Below, in pieces: positions 41,122 to 50,923 of a stretch of DNA of 64,000 nucleotides. The position numbers and the translations under genes are program-made. Where the stretch lies: NCBI GenBank assembly GCA_963750255.1, contig CAVVPZ010000009.1, forward strand, positions 134,602 to 198,601, given 5' to 3'. The DNA comes from an uncultured Actinomycetes bacterium. Its GTDB lineage: Bacteria > Actinomycetota > Acidimicrobiia > Acidimicrobiales > CADCTF01. Position 1 is the first letter of the stretch, and each line of letters starts with the position of its first letter. The notes under the pieces are model-generated. The model was not told the DNA's origin, made no database searches, and worked only from the letters and a program-made list of their open reading frames with translations.

Positions 41122-41547
41122 TCAGTTGACCTTCTGGTTGTCCATGGCGTGGATGCGACGGGCCATGCCGATCAGCAGCTTGTGGGCCAGGGTGGGCACG
41201 ATGTCGAGGAGGGCGCTGAACTCACGCTGGCCCAGGATCAGTGCGTCGATCTCGGTCTCGGCCACGACGGTGGCATTGCGGGGGGCGCGGTCGAGGAGCG
41301 AGAGCTCGCCGAAGGCGTCGCCGGGGCCGAGCGTGTTGATCTGCTTCTTGCCTCGCCGGACCGAAGCCTTGCCGTCGATGATGACGTAGAACTCGTAGCC
41401 GACTCGACCCTCGGTCGTCATCTCGGTACCTGCGGGGATCTTCAGGTGCTCCGAGTGCTTGGCGACCGTAGCCAGATCCTTCTTTGTGCAGGCGCTGAAC
41501 AGCGGCACCTTCGTGAGATACCCGAGAACATCGTCCCGCCGAGCCAT
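41122..41547 (-). CDS. stand-alone cyclic-nucleotide-binding (CAP effector) domain protein
   Basis: 141 aa with FYVIIDGKASV and LGPGDAFGELSLLDRAPRNATVVAETE (cNMP-binding signature). There is no HTH or other output domain. Confidence 0.85.
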   Translation of the reverse strand: MARRDDVLGYLTKVPLFSACTKKDLATVAKHSEHLKIPAGTEMTTEGRVGYEFYVIIDGKASVRRGKKQINTLGPGDAFGELSLLDRAPRNATVVAETEIDALILGQREFSALLDIVPTLAHKLLIGMARRIHAMDNQKVN

Positions 41548-41618
41548 GAGTGGTCCTCCCCAGTTGGATTCGAGTCGACAGTCAACATCGCCGGACGGCG
41601 GCCGTCAACGCTGCGTGG

Positions 41619-43259
41619 TCAACAGTTCACGCCCTCGGACGGACGGTAGGTCGCAAAGACCTTGTCGACCTCGGTGCGCCCGTCATCGAGGAAGGTTCTC
41701 GTGCGCTCGGTCGTGACCCGGGTGCAGTTCCCTCGCTTGCCCTCGGACTGGCCGGTCTGGCGGGAGTCGGCGAAGCGGGTCGAGTACAGGGTGACCGTGA
41801 TCGACTTGTCGGTGTAGGTCGGCCAGAGCAGGACTCCCCACTTCGAGTTGTTCTCGATCTGGAGATCGGGGGCCGGGAAGCTGAGCGTTGCCTCCCTCCC
41901 GTAGGGATAGCGACTGATGTAAATGCTGTGGCTCTGATATTCGCCGAAGTCGAGCCCGGCTTCGAAGGCGGCGTTGAACAGGGTCGTGGCGAACTGGGAA
42001 ATGCCGCCTCCCACGTCCTCGGTGAACTTCCCGTCCTCGATGACACCGGCGGACACGAACCCCTTTTCGGTCGTGCGCTTGCCGATCGTGTCGTTGACCG
42101 AGAACGTCGTGCCCGGCCTGATCAGTGTGCCCCGCAACAGGTCGGCGATCCGATGAATGTTGGCGACCCGAGGTTGGCCGGCTGCGTGCTTCGTGGTGAA
42201 CGAACCGATGGGTTCCTTCACCCCCAACTTGATGGCGTCCTCGGCCGAGAGTTTCGGCGGCCGGGCCGTCAGCGGGAGGTCGGGCGGCGCCCCCTTCAGA
42301 TCCTCGAACGCCTGGCGTTGGACGAGGGCGACGGCCTCGGGAGCGCAGCACGCGGTACCCGGTCGGCCCGGGATGATCTTGACGCCGCCGCCCTCCACAC
42401 TGAACGACGTCTCGACCGCCGGTTCGCCGGCCTTGGACAACAGCTTGCTCAGGTCATCGATCGTCGGGCCCGGGTCGAGGGCTGGTTGGAGCTTGCTGTC
42501 GACCACCCGTCCGATCACCCACGAACGGAGCATCGACACCGGGACCGTCGCCTGTGTCGTGCCGGTGCGGACATCGATGGTGGACGAGAGGCGGGCCTGC
42601 ATCTGGGCGGCGAGGAGTTCGGCGTTCGACACGGGAATGCGGGGCGGGATCGCACCCCGGTCGACGTTGACCACGATGTTGTCGCCCGCCGTCGCTGCCG
42701 AGGGCAGACGCTGAAGCACTTCGGCCGGGTCGATTCCCCGCCCCGGTTTGCCGGCCACGCCCCGGATGGCACCGTTGGTGAAGGCGATCGATGGCTCCAC
42801 GGGCGCCGTTCGGGGCCCGGGATCGCGGTCGGCCACAGTCCGGTACACCGCGTCCTCATCGACTTTGGCCTGCACGGGGGCTCGACGGTCAGCGGTGAAC
42901 GAGCCGGCCCACGTCGTGAACCGCTCCCACAATCCGCCGGTGCGGCCCACCTCGAGCGCGGCCCGGACCGTGGCGTCACCGTCGACGGCGAGACCGATCT
43001 CGCGGGCAGGCACCGAGAAACCGCCGTCGGGGGCGCGGACCTCGACCTGGCGGGTGGGGATCTCGTCGGCGACCTCGGCGACGACGGGACGCAGCGCGGC
43101 TCGGCTCAGTCCGCCCACCGTGTGGCCGCCGAGCGTCGTCCGCCGGAGTACCCGTCCGTCGTGAGCCGACGCGTCGATCGCCCAAATGGCGACGATGGCG
43201 ACGGCCACGCCGACCATCGCCACGAGCGCGACGAGGACGCGCTTGAGCCACCGGGTCAT
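41619..43259 (-). CDS. VanW family protein, N-terminal membrane anchor
   Basis: From ATG 43259: MTRWLKRVLVALVAMVGVAVAIV. The C-terminal VanW core is GGGISQFATTLFNAAFEAGL...ISRYPYGREATL. Confidence 0.85.
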   Translation of the reverse strand: MTRWLKRVLVALVAMVGVAVAIVAIWAIDASAHDGRVLRRTTLGGHTVGGLSRAALRPVVAEVADEIPTRQVEVRAPDGGFSVPAREIGLAVDGDATVRAALEVGRTGGLWERFTTWAGSFTADRRAPVQAKVDEDAVYRTVADRDPGPRTAPVEPSIAFTNGAIRGVAGKPGRGIDPAEVLQRLPSAATAGDNIVVNVDRGAIPPRIPVSNAELLAAQMQARLSSTIDVRTGTTQATVPVSMLRSWVIGRVVDSKLQPALDPGPTIDDLSKLLSKAGEPAVETSFSVEGGGVKIIPGRPGTACCAPEAVALVQRQAFEDLKGAPPDLPLTARPPKLSAEDAIKLGVKEPIGSFTTKHAAGQPRVANIHRIADLLRGTLIRPGTTFSVNDTIGKRTTEKGFVSAGVIEDGKFTEDVGGGISQFATTLFNAAFEAGLDFGEYQSHSIYISRYPYGREATLSFPAPDLQIENNSKWGVLLWPTYTDKSITVTLYSTRFADSRQTGQSEGKRGNCTRVTTERTRTFLDDGRTEVDKVFATYRPSEGVNC

Positions 43260-43348
43260 GTCGCGACGATGGCACAGCACCGGTGGGTTCTGGTTGCAAC
43301 CCGTGTTCAGGAGCCGGGTTCGGGGGACGCGGCTTAGTATCCGGCTCC

Positions 43349-44326
43349 ATGAAGACCCGGCTGACCGACATCCTGGAAGTCGAGCACCCCGTGATGCTCG
43401 CCGGCATGGGGGGCGTGTCGTATTCGGCCCTCGTGGCGGCGGTGTCCGACGCCGGCGGCTTCGGCTGTCTGGGCGCCTCGACCATGCAGGCCGACGAGAT
43501 GGTGTCGGAGATGGAGGCAGTCAAGAAGGCGACCGACAAGCCCTTCGGCGTCGACCTCCTCACCGCTGCCGCTCGCGACATGGAGGCGCAGGTCCGCCAG
43601 ATCATCGAGCACGGCGGGCGCGTGTTCGTGGCCGGTCTCGGCGTGCCCCGCGACGTCATCAAGCTCTGCCACGACAACAACGTGCTCGTCGTCAACATGT
43701 GCGGCAAAGTGCGCCACGCCATCAACGCCGTCGAGGCCGGATGCGATCTCGTGGTGGCTCAGGGCACTGAGGCGGGCGGCCACACCGGTCAGGTTGCGAC
43801 GATGCCGCTCGTGCCCCAGATCGTCGACGCCGTCGGTGATCGGGTCCCGGTCGTAGCTGCAGGCGGAATTTTCGATGGGCGCGGTCTCGCCGCCGCGCTC
43901 GCCCTCGGCGCTGACGGCGTGTGGGTCGGCACCCGGTTCATCGCCACCCCCGAGGCCCGCGCCGTCGTCGGCTACAAGGACACCCTCGTTCGCCTGCACG
44001 AGGACGAGACCGTCGTCTCCCGGGCCTATACCGGCAAGACCTGCCGTGTCGTACGTACGCCCTACACCCAGTACTTCGAGGAGCATCCCGACGAGCTGCA
44101 GGCGTTCCCGATGCAGGCCGGTCGAGCCATGCGCGACGGGGTCTTCCACCTCGGCGCCGACGAGACGGCCGACGTCGACACCGAGCGGGAATTCATGCCG
44201 GCCGGCCAAGGCGTCGGTGCCATCCACGACCTCGTGCCGGCGGCCGAGTTGGTGCGGCGCTTCGTGGCCGAAGCCGAGCAGGCCATGGCCAAGACCAGCA
44301 GCTACCTCACGGCCGGCGCGAGCTGA
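43349..44326 (+). CDS. nitronate monooxygenase / NAD(P)H-dependent flavin oxidoreductase (NMO family)
   Basis: ILEVEHPVMLAGMGGVS, FGVDLL, VAQGTEAGGHTG, VVAAGGIFDGRG and GADGVWVGTRF. Confidence 0.85.
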   Translation: MKTRLTDILEVEHPVMLAGMGGVSYSALVAAVSDAGGFGCLGASTMQADEMVSEMEAVKKATDKPFGVDLLTAAARDMEAQVRQIIEHGGRVFVAGLGVPRDVIKLCHDNNVLVVNMCGKVRHAINAVEAGCDLVVAQGTEAGGHTGQVATMPLVPQIVDAVGDRVPVVAAGGIFDGRGLAAALALGADGVWVGTRFIATPEARAVVGYKDTLVRLHEDETVVSRAYTGKTCRVVRTPYTQYFEEHPDELQAFPMQAGRAMRDGVFHLGADETADVDTEREFMPAGQGVGAIHDLVPAAELVRRFVAEAEQAMAKTSSYLTAGAS

Positions 44327-44327
44327 G

Positions 44328-44555
44328 TCAGCCGCGACCTTCGGGGATGGCCGCCGGCCCGTACGGCTCGTCGGCTTCTCCGTAGCAATCGGCGTGGTAG
44401 TGCTCGACCCGCTTCCACACGCCATCTTCGTAGACGTTGGCGATCACCTGCTTGAGCTGGGCCCGGGCCATGAACTTCACCTGGGCGCCGCAGTGTGCGC
44501 ACATGGCCGAGTTGCCGGCCTCGACCGTTCGTACGACAGCTCGGCTCTTGTTCAT
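44328..44555 (-). CDS. small Cys/His-containing hypothetical protein (75 aa)
   Basis: From ATG 44555: MNKSRAVVRTVEAGNSAMCAHCGAQVKF...HYHADCYGE, a possible CxxC...HxxxC zinc site. Confidence 0.45.
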   Translation of the reverse strand: MNKSRAVVRTVEAGNSAMCAHCGAQVKFMARAQLKQVIANVYEDGVWKRVEHYHADCYGEADEPYGPAAIPEGRG

Positions 44556-44726
44556 CGTCGTCGCCTTTGCCACATGGAGATCATCGGCATCTGAGGCCCG
44601 AAATGAAGGGTTCGGGGCACCTTTGCGCACGTGCCCGAGTTGACGGCCCGACTGAACGGTGTGAAAGTGCAGGCGGCGCCGGGTGCGTCGGGTGCGTCCG
44701 CCGTGCACCTGACCCCGGCGCCACTT

Positions 44727-45050
44727 TCATGCGCCCGTCCGGCCGAACCGCACGGCCAACCCGACGAGTTGCCGCACCTGACGCTCGTCGCTGCCGCCGT
44801 CGACCAGCGACTGGATCTCGTTCTCGAGGGCTTGCCCGAGCACGTCGTGGGTCGGTGGCGGATCCGCAGCCGGGTCGCCGGTGTCGTGCGAGACGGCTGT
44901 GGCGACGATGAGGCACAACACGGCCACGGCGGTCATGAGCCCGGCGGTGAGGGCTGCACCGTTGTTGTCGGCGATCGAGCTGACGATCATCCCGGCGATG
45001 CCAGCCACGCACACCGTGATGACAACTCGACGAACGGCGCGAGGTGACAC
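44727..45050 (-). CDS. small membrane protein, unknown function
   Basis: 107 aa with two hydrophobic helices (VVITVCVAGIAGMIVSSI; LTAGLMTAVAVLCLIVATAV) and an acidic tail. Confidence 0.5.
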   Translation of the reverse strand: MSPRAVRRVVITVCVAGIAGMIVSSIADNNGAALTAGLMTAVAVLCLIVATAVSHDTGDPAADPPPTHDVLGQALENEIQSLVDGGSDERQVRQLVGLAVRFGRTGA

Positions 45051-45062
45051 GTCGGGAAGGAC

Positions 45063-46742
45063 CTAGCTCCGGACCAGGGGCTTGTACTTCACGCGGTGGG
45101 GTTGGTCGGCGTCGGCGCCCAATCGCTTCTTCTTGTCGGCCTCGTAGTCACTGAAGTTGCCCGGGTACCAAAAGACGCTGGAGTCGCCCTCGAAGGCCAG
45201 CACGTGCGTCGCCACCCGGTCGAGGAACCACCGGTCGTGGCTGATCACCACTGCGCATCCGGCGAAGCCGAGCAGCGCGTCCTCGAGGGCGCGGAGCGTG
45301 TCGACGTCGAGGTCGTTGGTCGGTTCGTCGAGGAGCAAGACGTTGCCACCGGCGATGAGAGTCTTCGCCAAGTGCAGCCGGTTGCGCTCTCCGCCGGACA
45401 GGTTGCCCACCGTCTTCTGCTGGTCGGTGCCCTTGAAGTTGAAGCTTGATACGTAGGCCCTCCCGTGGACGTCGCGGCCGCCGACGACGAGGTTGTCGAT
45501 CCCGCCTGTGATCTCCTCGTACACGGTGGCGTCGGGGTTGAGGCTGGCCCGGCTCTGATCGACGTACGCGATCTGTACCGTCTGGCCGATCTTGAGGTTG
45601 CCTTCGTCAGGTGTCTCTTGGCCCGTGATCATCCGGAACAAGGTCGTCTTGCCGGCACCGTTGGGTCCGACGACCCCGACGATGCCGCCGGGGGGGAGGA
45701 CGAAGGTCAGGTCGTCGATGAGGAGCCGGTCGCCGAATCCCTTGGACACGCCCTCGGCTTCGATGACGACGTCGCCGAGGCGGGGTCCGGGCGGAATGAA
45801 GATCTCGAGCTTCTCGGCTCGGTCCTTGCCCGACTGGGCCTCGGCCAACAACGCCTCGTAGCTCGAGAGCCTCGCCTTGCCCTTGGACTGGCGGGCCTTG
45901 GGCGACATCCGGATCCACTCGAGCTCGCGGCTCAGGGTCTCTTCGCGCTTGCGGTCGCGACGTTCCTTCTGCTCGAGACGGACCTGCTTCTGTTCGAGCC
46001 AGCCTGAGTAGTTGCCCTTGTACGGGATGCCCTCGCCGCGGTCGAGTTCGAGGATCCACTCGGCCGCGTTGTCGAGGAAGTATCGATCGTGGGTGATGGC
46101 GACGACCGTGCCGCTGTAATCCTGGAGAAAGCGCTCGAGCCACGCCACTGACTCAGCGTCGAGGTGGTTGGTCGGCTCGTCGAGGAGGAGCAGATCGGGA
46201 TGTTGCAGGAGGAGCCGGCACAACGCGACGCGGCGCCGTTCGCCACCCGAAAGCGGGCCGATCTCGGCCTCGGCGGGTGGCAGCCGGAGCGCGTCCATGG
46301 CGATTTCGATCTTTCGGTCGATCTCCCAGGCACCCGTTGCCTCCAGGCTCGCCTCGAGGGCCGCCTGCTGTTCGCCGAGCTTGTCGTAGTCAGCGTCGGG
46401 ATCGGCCCACTTGGCCATCAACGCGTCGTAGTCAGCGAGGTGTTGCTTGATCTCGGCCACACCGTCTTCCACGTTGCCGAGCACCGTCTTGGTCTCGTCG
46501 AGTTCGGGCTCCTGGGCGAGGTAGCCGACGGTGAAGCCCGGCGTCAGACGAGCTTCACCCGTGTAGCCGTCGTCGACGCCGGCCATGATCTTGAGGAGGC
46601 TTGATTTTCCCGAGCCGTTGGCGCCGATCACGCCGATCTTGGCGCCTGGATACATCGAGATGTTGATGCCCTTCAGGACCTCGCGGTCGGGCGGGTAGAA
46701 CCGCTGGAGGTCCCGCATCGTGTAGATGAACTGCGCCGTCAT
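45063..46742 (-). CDS. ettA: energy-dependent translational throttle protein EttA (ABC-F)
   Basis: 559 aa starting MTAQFIYTMRDLQRFYPPDREVLKGINISMYPGAKIGVIGANGSGKSS, with two ABC cassettes (LSGGERRRVAL, LSGGERNRLHL). Confidence 0.95.
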   Translation of the reverse strand: MTAQFIYTMRDLQRFYPPDREVLKGINISMYPGAKIGVIGANGSGKSSLLKIMAGVDDGYTGEARLTPGFTVGYLAQEPELDETKTVLGNVEDGVAEIKQHLADYDALMAKWADPDADYDKLGEQQAALEASLEATGAWEIDRKIEIAMDALRLPPAEAEIGPLSGGERRRVALCRLLLQHPDLLLLDEPTNHLDAESVAWLERFLQDYSGTVVAITHDRYFLDNAAEWILELDRGEGIPYKGNYSGWLEQKQVRLEQKERRDRKREETLSRELEWIRMSPKARQSKGKARLSSYEALLAEAQSGKDRAEKLEIFIPPGPRLGDVVIEAEGVSKGFGDRLLIDDLTFVLPPGGIVGVVGPNGAGKTTLFRMITGQETPDEGNLKIGQTVQIAYVDQSRASLNPDATVYEEITGGIDNLVVGGRDVHGRAYVSSFNFKGTDQQKTVGNLSGGERNRLHLAKTLIAGGNVLLLDEPTNDLDVDTLRALEDALLGFAGCAVVISHDRWFLDRVATHVLAFEGDSSVFWYPGNFSDYEADKKKRLGADADQPHRVKYKPLVRS

Positions 46743-46799
46743 GCCCCCGACGCTAATGGGGATGTCTGGACGGGGCGACCAGAGCCAGCCGCGGCGAGG

Positions 46800-47198
46800 T
46801 CACGCGGGGTGAGCCTGGGGCTTCACCTTCTGGTCGCCGGCAAAGTCGCCACGCAGGATCCGAACGGCCAACTGCCCGTTGGCCAGCGTCGCCTCGAGGC
46901 CGCTGCCGTAGCCTTCGGGAACGTCGACTTCTCGCTCGTAACCGCCGTACTCCCATTCATGGACGAGGTAGTCGCGCTGGCCCGCGCTTCGCAGACTGGC
47001 CCAGAACCGGAGTTTGCCCTCGCGGAGTTCGACCGAGACGTCCTCGGCGGTCACGGCGGGGAGCGGGGCAACGACGACCAGCGCCGCCGGTGTCTCGTAC
47101 ACGTTGACCGACACCCACTGGGGTTGCATGGTGGCCTCGGTGGAGGCGGTCGACTCCTTGACCTTGGCTTGTGTTCTTTCCTCGGCGGTGGTGTCCAT
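46800..47198 (-). CDS. Hsp20/alpha-crystallin family protein
   Basis: VNVYETPAALVVVAPLPAVTAEDVSVEL...YGGYEREVDVPEG...ATLANGQLAVRI matches the alpha-crystallin domain layout. Confidence 0.8.
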   Translation of the reverse strand: MDTTAEERTQAKVKESTASTEATMQPQWVSVNVYETPAALVVVAPLPAVTAEDVSVELREGKLRFWASLRSAGQRDYLVHEWEYGGYEREVDVPEGYGSGLEATLANGQLAVRILRGDFAGDQKVKPQAHPA

Positions 47199-47260
47199 GC
47201 TCTGGTGTGTACCCAGACCGTCGATCTGGGAAAATTCCAGGCGCCGATAGGCTGGCCGTG

Positions 47261-50200
47261 ATGCCTGACGAACCGCCGTCGACGTTCGGACCCAACGCCT
47301 GGCTGGTCGACGAGATGTACGACCAATACCTCGTCGATCCCACCTCCGTGAGCGAGTCGTGGCGGGAGTTCTTCGCCGACTACAAGCAAGAGGCAGCCGC
47401 GCCCGCCCTCAACAACGAGGGCACGAACGGTGTCGCGTCGACGCCGGCTACAGCAGCCAAGAGCGTCGCTCCGACGGCCGCCCCTGCTCCGGTGGCGGCG
47501 ACCTCGACCTCGACCTCGGCCCCGGCTCCGAGTTCGAGCGGCGCTCCCAAGGCCGAGGAGGCGCCGGCGCCCGGCGATCCGATCCGTGGCGCGGCGGCGG
47601 CGATCGTGAAGAACATGGCCGCCAGCCTCGGTGTGCCCACGGCCACCAGCGTCCGTCCGGTTCCGGCCAAGCTCCTCGAGGTCAACCGGCGGATCGCCAA
47701 CAACCATCTGCAACGCACGCGCGGCGGCAAGCTCAGTTTCACCCACCTCATCGGGTACGCCGTGGTGCAGGCCCTCAAGTCGGTGCCCAACCTCAACAAC
47801 ACCTTCGTCGAGCGCGACGGCAAACCCTTCCTGGTGCGCAACGAGCACGTCGGTCTCGGCCTGGCCGTCGATGTCCCCAAGAGCGACGGCAGCCGCACGC
47901 TGATGGTTCCGGTGATCAAGAACGCCGACACCATGGACTTCCGTCAGTTCTGGGATGCCTACGAGGAGCTGATCCGCAAGGTCAAGACCAACAAGATCAC
48001 CGTCGACGACTTCAGCGGGGCCACCGTGAGCCTCACCAACCCGGGGACGATCGGCACCGTGAGCAGCGTCCCCCGACTCATGCCGGGCCAGGGCGCCATC
48101 ATCGGCGTCGGTGCCCTCGACTTCCCGGTCGAGTACAGCGGCGCCGACCCTTCGACGCTGGCCGAGTTGGGCATGAGCAAGGTCCTCACGATCACGTCGA
48201 CCTACGACCACCGGATCGTCCAAGGCGCCGAGTCCGGCCTCTTCCTCCAGAAGGTCCATCAACTCCTGACGGGGGAGGACGGCTTCTACGAGCACGTCTT
48301 CAGCTCGCTCGGAGTTCCCTACGAGGCGGTCGCCTGGCGCCAGGACATCAACCCCGAGAACAGCGAGCGGGTGCGCCTCCAGAAGCAGGTGCACGTGCAG
48401 ACCCTCATCAACATGTACCGGGTGCGGGGCCACCTCATCGCCGATCTCGATCCGCTCCAGGCCGCACCGCCACGGATGCACGCCGAACTCGACCCTGCGA
48501 CGTACGGCCTCACCATCTGGGACCTCGACCGCGAGTTCTACGCCGACGGTCTCGCCGGCCACGACTACCTCGCCCTCGGCGACATCCTGGGTCTCCTCCG
48601 CGACGCGTACTGCCGCACCATCGGCGTGGAGTACATGCACATCCAGGAGGTGGAACAGAAGCAGTGGGTGCAGGAACAGGTCGAAGGCGTCTCGGGCGTG
48701 TTGCCGACCGAGGAGCAGTTGCACATCCTCACCCGGCTCAACGCAGCCGAGGCGTTCGAGCGGTTCCTCAACACGAAGTACATCGGGGCCAAGCGGTTCG
48801 GGATCGAGGGCGCCGAGTCGGCCATCGTCATCTGCGACATCGTGCTCGACGAAGCGGCCAAGGCGGGCATGGCCGAGGCTGTCATGGGCATGTCGCACCG
48901 CGGTCGGCTCAACGTGCTCGCCAACATCGTCGGCAAGTCGTACCGGGAGATCTTCCGGGACTTCGAAGGTGATCTCGATCCCTCCACGGTGCAGGGTTCG
49001 GGTGACGTCAAGTATCACAAGGGGTACTCGGGCAAGTTCGTCGGACTCTCCGGCCGGGACATTCCCGTCACGCTGGCGGCCAACCCCAGCCATCTCGAGG
49101 CCGTCGACCCCGTCGTCGAAGGCATCACCCGGGCCCGCCAGGATCACCTCGACCAGGGAACGGCGTATCCGGTGCTGCCGTTCCTCCTCCACGGCGACGC
49201 TGCCTTCGCCGGACAAGGCGTGGTGGGGGAGACGCTCAACCTCTCCCAGTTGCGGGGCTACCGCACGGGCGGAACCATTCACCTCGTCATCAACAACCAG
49301 GTCGGCTTCACCACCAACCCCGACGAGGCCAGGTCGTCGGTGTACGCCACCGACGTCGCCAAGATGGTCCAGGCGCCGATCTTCCACGTCAACGGCGACG
49401 ACCCCGAGGCATGCGCACGAGTCGCCCGTCTCGCGTTCGCGTTCCGACAGACGTTCCACAAGGACGTCGTCATCGACATGGTCTGTTACCGGAGGATGGG
49501 ACACAACGAGGGCGACGATCCCCGTCTCACCCAACCCAAGATGTACGAGCGCATCGACAGCCGCCGCCCGGTCCGCAAGATCTACACCGAGGCGCTCATC
49601 AAGCGAGGCGACATCTCCCTCGAGGACGCCGAAGCAGCGATGGAGGACTTCTCTTCTCGACTGTCGGTGGCGCTGGAGGAGACCCGCTCGACCGCACCGC
49701 CGAAGTTCGAGACGGTGCCGCCGCCCCCGGCCGAGCGTCTTCTCCCCGCGGTCGACACCTCGGTTCCCGATCGTGAACTCCTCGATCGCATTGCCACCAT
49801 CGTCACGCAGGCGCCCGAGGGCTTTCACCTCAACCCGAAGCTGACGAAGGTCTTCGAGACCCGAACCAAGCTCTACGCCGAAGGGCAGGTCGACTGGGCC
49901 CTCGGCGAGGCTTTCGCCTACGGCACGTTGTTGGCCGAGGGTCACGACGTACGCCTGGCCGGCCAGGACTCGAGTCGTGGGACGTTCGGCCACCGCAACG
50001 CCGTGCTCGTCGACACGCAGACCGAAGAGGAGATCGTCCCGCTCAACCAACTCGGGCTCGAGCGCCAAGGTCGCTTCTTCATCTACGACTCGCTCCTGTC
50101 TGAATACGCCGCGCTCGGCTTCGAATACGGCTACTCGGTCGTGGCTGCGGACGCCCTCGTCGTGTGGGAGGCCCAGTTCGGCGACTTCGTCAACGGCGCC

Positions 50201-50923
50201 CAGATCGTCATCGACCAGTTCCTCTCCTCTGCCGAGGACAAGTGGGGCCAGACCTCCGGCCTCACCCTGCTGTTGCCCCACGGCTACGAGGGCCAGGGCC
50301 CGGAACACTCGTCGGCTCGGGTCGAGCGGTTCTTGACGCTCTGCGCCAACAGCAACATGCAGATCGTCAACGTCACCAACGCGGCCCAGCTCTTTCACGC
50401 CCTCCGGCGTCAGGTCAAACGCACCGAGCGCAAGCCTTTGGTCGTGTTCACGACCAAGTCCGGCCTGCGGGCGCCGTGGAGCCGGTCGCCGATCGAGGAT
50501 TTCACCGACGCCCAGTTCTCCGAAGTGCTCGATGACCCGGCCACAGCCGAGCGCCCAGAGGACGTCCGTCGAGTGGTGTTGGTCACGGGCAAGGTCGCCT
50601 TCGATGCAATGAAGGAGCGTGACCGATTGGCGGCCCCCGTCGCCGTCGTCCGGGTGGAGCAGATCTATCCCTGGCCCGAGGAGCACATCAACGAGGTGTT
50701 GGCTCGCTACGGCGACATCGACGAGGTCGTCTGGCTCCAGGAGGAACCCGAGAACATGGGCGCCTGGAGCTTCGTCCACGGACGGATGCACAAACTGCTG
50801 CGCGAGGACTTCCAACTGCGGCATGTCGCTCGCGTGGCGTCGGGTTCTCCCGCCGCCGGGTCGACCTCGCTGCACGACCTCGAGACCACTGACCTGATGC
50901 ACCGGGTGTTCCAGGGCCTGTAG
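47261..50923 (+). CDS. kgd: multifunctional 2-oxoglutarate decarboxylase/dehydrogenase E1 with fused E2-like succinyltransferase domain (Kgd/OdhA type)
   Basis: From ATG 47261: FGPNAWLVDEMYDQY. E2 catalytic STYDHRIVQGAESG. E1 motifs MGMSHRGRLNVLAN, HGDAAFAGQGVV and LLLPHGYEGQGPEHSSAR. Confidence 0.95.
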   Translation: MPDEPPSTFGPNAWLVDEMYDQYLVDPTSVSESWREFFADYKQEAAAPALNNEGTNGVASTPATAAKSVAPTAAPAPVAATSTSTSAPAPSSSGAPKAEEAPAPGDPIRGAAAAIVKNMAASLGVPTATSVRPVPAKLLEVNRRIANNHLQRTRGGKLSFTHLIGYAVVQALKSVPNLNNTFVERDGKPFLVRNEHVGLGLAVDVPKSDGSRTLMVPVIKNADTMDFRQFWDAYEELIRKVKTNKITVDDFSGATVSLTNPGTIGTVSSVPRLMPGQGAIIGVGALDFPVEYSGADPSTLAELGMSKVLTITSTYDHRIVQGAESGLFLQKVHQLLTGEDGFYEHVFSSLGVPYEAVAWRQDINPENSERVRLQKQVHVQTLINMYRVRGHLIADLDPLQAAPPRMHAELDPATYGLTIWDLDREFYADGLAGHDYLALGDILGLLRDAYCRTIGVEYMHIQEVEQKQWVQEQVEGVSGVLPTEEQLHILTRLNAAEAFERFLNTKYIGAKRFGIEGAESAIVICDIVLDEAAKAGMAEAVMGMSHRGRLNVLANIVGKSYREIFRDFEGDLDPSTVQGSGDVKYHKGYSGKFVGLSGRDIPVTLAANPSHLEAVDPVVEGITRARQDHLDQGTAYPVLPFLLHGDAAFAGQGVVGETLNLSQLRGYRTGGTIHLVINNQVGFTTNPDEARSSVYATDVAKMVQAPIFHVNGDDPEACARVARLAFAFRQTFHKDVVIDMVCYRRMGHNEGDDPRLTQPKMYERIDSRRPVRKIYTEALIKRGDISLEDAEAAMEDFSSRLSVALEETRSTAPPKFETVPPPPAERLLPAVDTSVPDRELLDRIATIVTQAPEGFHLNPKLTKVFETRTKLYAEGQVDWALGEAFAYGTLLAEGHDVRLAGQDSSRGTFGHRNAVLVDTQTEEEIVPLNQLGLERQGRFFIYDSLLSEYAALGFEYGYSVVAADALVVWEAQFGDFVNGAQIVIDQFLSSAEDKWGQTSGLTLLLPHGYEGQGPEHSSARVERFLTLCANSNMQIVNVTNAAQLFHALRRQVKRTERKPLVVFTTKSGLRAPWSRSPIEDFTDAQFSEVLDDPATAERPEDVRRVVLVTGKVAFDAMKERDRLAAPVAVVRVEQIYPWPEEHINEVLARYGDIDEVVWLQEEPENMGAWSFVHGRMHKLLREDFQLRHVARVASGSPAAGSTSLHDLETTDLMHRVFQGL

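Noticed and set aside
41550-43337. 595-aa + strand ORF
   Set aside because: It is antisense to the VanW gene and has shadow-frame composition.
47051-50902. 1283-aa minus-strand ORF
   Set aside because: It is exactly antisense to kgd and is a shadow ORF with R/G/D/V-rich low-information sequence.
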